From: a virus
DNA: 36,441 nt
Strand: one strand, 5' to 3'
IMG/VR virus record: IMGVR_UViG_3300045988_023202
Span: 1 to 36,441 of that record
The first letter of the stretch is position 1. Each line of letters opens with the position of its first letter. Made by a program: the position numbers and the translations under genes. This document shows positions 33,634 through 36,441 of this stretch, one piece after another. The notes under the pieces are model-generated. The model saw only the letters and a program-made list of their open reading frames with translations, did no database searches and had not been told where the DNA came from.

Positions 33634-34173
33634 TTAACAATCCAAGTTATACAGAACCTTCCAGTCGTCTAAAATATCTTTACATTTCCACTTTTCGGCC
33701 CTCTCAATCGTTTTCCATGTCAGCGTACGCCGGTCTAAAACGTCAAGCGATCTACTTCCATCACAGTACATATTCACCCGGTACAGCATTGAAACTTCTA
33801 TCCCGCTACGGTTTAGCTCCGTATCTTTACTCGGGTAGATCGGGCGTTCTATATCGTCATTCTCGTAGGGCCCTACGCGCTTCTTGTCCTTATCACGGTA
33901 TAGCATATTCTCTACTGTCGGTATGCGTTCCGGGTCGGTTCTCGTGTTCCTGTCGTCCCGTACCCTGCTAGCCGCGAATATTATATCCCTAAGGGCTTCA
34001 CAGAACAACGACGCGTTAACCAGGTGGAACGGTTTGCCCTTCACTTTGACATACTTCACATTATTAGCTTCAAGCCAGTTGAAGACGAAAAACGCGTGAA
34101 GATTATATAACTGCGCCATCTCTTCGATAACTAAAACTCTTCTTTGTTTCTTCTTAATATATGGTGTCGGCAT
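33634..34173 (-). CDS. Hypothetical protein
   Basis: 179-aa ORF with a basic N-terminus. It is the last gene of the early unit. Confidence 0.55.
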   Translation of the reverse strand: MPTPYIKKKQRRVLVIEEMAQLYNLHAFFVFNWLEANNVKYVKVKGKPFHLVNASLFCEALRDIIFAASRVRDDRNTRTDPERIPTVENMLYRDKDKKRVGPYENDDIERPIYPSKDTELNRSGIEVSMLYRVNMYCDGSRSLDVLDRRTLTWKTIERAEKWKCKDILDDWKVLYNLDC

Positions 34174-34174
34174 A

Positions 34175-34276
34175 CTATAAATTATTTAAGATACATACTA
34201 AAATACAACCAAGCGCGATCCCCGCCGCGATTGCCAGGACCATTTGTCCCAGCCATTTCATAAATTCCTTCATCAT
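34175..34276 (-). CDS. Micro-ORF for a 33-aa single-pass membrane peptide (MMKEFMKWLGQMVLAIAAGIALGCILVCILNNL)
   Basis: Hand-translated. It has an ATGA overlap with the upstream stop and its stop is 1 nt before the downstream ATG. Confidence 0.5.
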   Translation of the reverse strand: MMKEFMKWLGQMVLAIAAGIALGCILVCILNNL

Positions 34277-34578
34277 AGCTTCAATGCCTCCTTTAGTTCA
34301 CCAATCAAGCGCAACGCCTCGACCCTTGACAGGTCCACCCGGCGTTGCGGCTCGCTCTTCCTGTATATCGTAATGGTTGTAATCTCTTTGGCGCTACGTG
34401 GTACGCGCTCGGCGTAAACCATCACGCGCTCGGCTTCCGCCTTATCGATCTTGACACGCATGTTATACTGCGCCTTCTCCGCACGGTCCAGCGCCGTCTT
34501 GAAACGTCCGGTTCTGATGCCCGCTACTTCTTGTTCCTTCATCTCTTGTTCTCTGAATAAATGTTCCATACTTTCCAT
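34273..34578 (-). CDS. Hypothetical charged/coiled protein
   Basis: 101-aa ORF. Confidence 0.55.
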   Translation of the reverse strand: MESMEHLFREQEMKEQEVAGIRTGRFKTALDRAEKAQYNMRVKIDKAEAERVMVYAERVPRSAKEITTITIYRKSEPQRRVDLSRVEALRLIGELKEALKL

Positions 34579-34581
34579 AAC

Positions 34582-34752
34582 TTAAAATATTAAATGTAAT
34601 ACACCCGCTAAAACCGAAACTACATAAAACGATACGAAAAGCACTTGAAATATATCCGCCGCGCCTTTATCGCTTTTCCAAAATAATAGGAACGCCATCA
34701 TACATACAAAACCGATCGCCGCCGTCCAAATACAAATTCTAAGAAATTCCAT
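34582..34752 (-). CDS. Small ORF for a 56-aa two-helix membrane protein (MEFLRICIWTAAIGFVCMMAFLLFWKSDKGAADIFQVLFVSFYVVSVLAGVLHLIF)
   Basis: Hand-translated. It exactly fills the gap between its neighbours and shares a 23-nt junction sequence with the preceding gene boundary. Confidence 0.5.
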   Translation of the reverse strand: MEFLRICIWTAAIGFVCMMAFLLFWKSDKGAADIFQVLFVSFYVVSVLAGVLHLIF

Positions 34753-34755
34753 AAC

Positions 34756-35016
34756 TTAAAATATTAAATTGATTAAATACCCTATCATATAGTCCAAACC
34801 TGCCGTCAGCATAACGCCGTGCCCGATCACACCTCCAACCGCGGTTAGAAGGAAATCTACGAAATCAGCCTTCCCGCCGTACAAATGGTCCTTCACTTCC
34901 ATCCCTAGCCCTACGCCCATTGTGAACGGAGCGCCACACACCGCGCCAAGCGGGATCGCGAATAAGAAATGCTTCCAGCGATTAGACGCTTTCCACCAGT
35001 CAATTAACTTTTTCAT
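34756..35016 (-). CDS. Small membrane protein (86 aa)
   Basis: Two or three hydrophobic Gly-rich helices. ATGA overlap with the Dcm stop. Confidence 0.55.
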   Translation of the reverse strand: MKKLIDWWKASNRWKHFLFAIPLGAVCGAPFTMGVGLGMEVKDHLYGGKADFVDFLLTAVGGVIGHGVMLTAGLDYMIGYLINLIF

Positions 35017-35903
35017 ACGAATAAATTTTTTAATATATGTTCAATAACTCTAACCGTCCAACCGTTCCCGCACATGCGGTATATCTGCGTGTCCGACACT
35101 GCCCACTCGTACCAACTCGGTACGGTCTGCAAGCGCGCGCACTCCGTAGGCGTTAACTGTCGTAATCCTGCCCTGGTCTGTAACAGGTTATCCTTTTGCA
35201 CCGTTGTAAGGCAATTAGACTTTCCATCCGTTCTCGGCTCTATGTGTTGCCTAGTCACCCCGTCAGCGTCTAAACGCCCCCGGCTAGCCACTATTATACC
35301 GTCTACGTCGCCCTCGAGAATATCGCGGATAAATATGCCCTCGTCTTCCGGCTGCGTGATCTGTGCAATGTTCGTCCAGTACAACCGCTTCCGGTTCTGC
35401 GCTGATAATAAGTTGCTGTTAATCATTACGGGTTCAACTCCGATCGCGTTAGTTAGTACCGCTTCCCATCTCTTCGACATAACAACGTTTTCTAACAGGA
35501 ACTTAACGCTGGGGTTATACTTCCGTACTTCCGTCAGTATCCGCATGTATTCCCAAAACAGGTAAGACTGTCCGGTAAACTCGAACCCCATTATTTTAAG
35601 ATCGAGATATTGATCCAGGCCCGTTACCTCTATGTTTTCTGTCGTAGCCATCCCCGCTTGTTTCCCCGCGAAGGAAAACGATTGGCAAGGGCTTCCGCCT
35701 ATAATCAAGTCGATCTTATCCAGCTTCGACACGTCCACCTTTGTAACGTCACCTATATGTATCGTGTCGGGAAACACGTGGTGCGTCTGCTGTATAGCGA
35801 ACTTGTCCACCTCGGAAGCGTAGTACTTATCCGGGAAGCATCCCAGATTAGTCAGGGCTATCTGCCCGCATGATAAGCCATCAAATAAACTTAATACATT
35901 CAT
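35013..35903 (-). CDS. dcm: DNA (cytosine-5)-methyltransferase
   Basis: Motif I is LSLFDGLSCG, motif IV GGSPCQSFS, motif VI LLENV, motif VIII QNRKRLYW and motif X GNGWTV. Confidence 0.92.
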   Translation of the reverse strand: MNVLSLFDGLSCGQIALTNLGCFPDKYYASEVDKFAIQQTHHVFPDTIHIGDVTKVDVSKLDKIDLIIGGSPCQSFSFAGKQAGMATTENIEVTGLDQYLDLKIMGFEFTGQSYLFWEYMRILTEVRKYNPSVKFLLENVVMSKRWEAVLTNAIGVEPVMINSNLLSAQNRKRLYWTNIAQITQPEDEGIFIRDILEGDVDGIIVASRGRLDADGVTRQHIEPRTDGKSNCLTTVQKDNLLQTRAGLRQLTPTECARLQTVPSWYEWAVSDTQIYRMCGNGWTVRVIEHILKNLFV

Positions 35904-35906
35904 ACT

Positions 35907-36441
35907 CTATAATTGTGATTTATGAATAAATAATTTTTCTATCGCTTGTTTATCAATACTCGGATTAACACAGACTCTCAACTTTCGTTCCCATACACAA
36001 ACGAAATCGTCCGGGGCGTTGTATTCAGAAACAAACACATTATGCCCCTCAGCCACTTTCTCCCTACACCAAGCCCAAAAATTTTCGTGGTCTACCGAGT
36101 ACGCGTATTTTTTCACACCCGCATACGGAGGGTCGCAATATATAACGGAATTAGGAGGAATAATCATATCTGCATAACTGTGATTAGTGAATTGAACCCC
36201 TTCTATTAACGGGACTTGTGCTAATATGTTACGGATTGCTCTGCCTATATAATCTACAACTCCTCCGTGCGCGCCCATAACTGAATGACCTGAATACCCC
36301 CCGTCAAAAAACCTTCCGTTGTAGCTACCTACGAATCCTACCCATCCTACACAGTGCATCGGGTACTCATCCGAATTTTGGTTATAGCATGTCCGCACTT
36401 CGCAATAGTGCTCCCTATTTATGATCTTTGGCGGGTCCCAA
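35907..36441 (-). CDS. dam: N6-adenine DNA methyltransferase (Dam class), C-terminal part. The N-terminus is at 1-262 after circularisation.
   Basis: Catalytic DPPY motif in IYCDPPYAGVKKY. The frame stays open to the window end and joins the frame at 1-262. Confidence 0.85.
   Translation of the reverse strand, partial: WDPPKIINREHYCEVRTCYNQNSDEYPMHCVGWVGFVGSYNGRFFDGGYSGHSVMGAHGGVVDYIGRAIRNILAQVPLIEGVQFTNHSYADMIIPPNSVIYCDPPYAGVKKYAYSVDHENFWAWCREKVAEGHNVFVSEYNAPDDFVCVWERKLRVCVNPSIDKQAIEKLFIHKSQL
36365..36441. repeat. Terminal direct repeat, copy 2 (identical to 1-77)
   Basis: Exact 77-nt identity with the start of the window. Confidence 0.95.

Noticed and set aside
1-36441. Stop-codon reassignment, diversity-generating retroelement, integrase/attachment site and tRNA genes
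   Set aside because: The ORFs are long and contiguous in the standard code. No reverse-transcriptase or integrase motifs were seen in any frame, and no cloverleaf-like sequence was found in the intergenic regions.

Overview
The window is one complete tailed-phage genome. The first 77 nt are identical to the last 77 nt, so the unique sequence is 36,364 bp, and a Dam-type methyltransferase ORF reads in frame across the junction. This points to a circular or circularly permuted genome cut arbitrarily by the assembler. Every credible gene is on the minus strand, many with ATGA or TAATG start/stop overlaps. The host is probably Bacteroidota: several intergenic sites match the Bacteroides promoter consensus (-33 TTTG, -7 TAnnTTTG), and one tail protein carries three BACON-like repeats. 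Early/replication unit (13213 down to 268, wrapping to 36441 down to 33634): small unknown ORFs, a 59-aa HTH protein, a DUF2800-type nuclease, a DUF2815/gp2.5-like SSB, family A DNA polymerase, primase-helicase, VRR-NUC, SNF2 helicase, Dam, Dcm and a cluster of tiny membrane proteins. Late unit (33031 down to 13743): TerS, TerL, tail fibre and tail proteins, tape-measure-like protein, scaffold, major capsid, three tandem paralogs, a portal-like protein, holin, M15 endolysin and a spanin-like protein. I found no integrase, repressor, tRNA, CRISPR array or reverse transcriptase. The least explained parts are two roughly 0.5-0.6 kb non-coding islands (13214-13742 and 33032-33633), one ahead of each unit. 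They share an AT-rich tract, a ~67-bp element at about 79% identity, repeated AGTTAA hexamers, inverted repeats and iteron-like repeats. All functional calls come from reading motifs by eye; no database search was possible.
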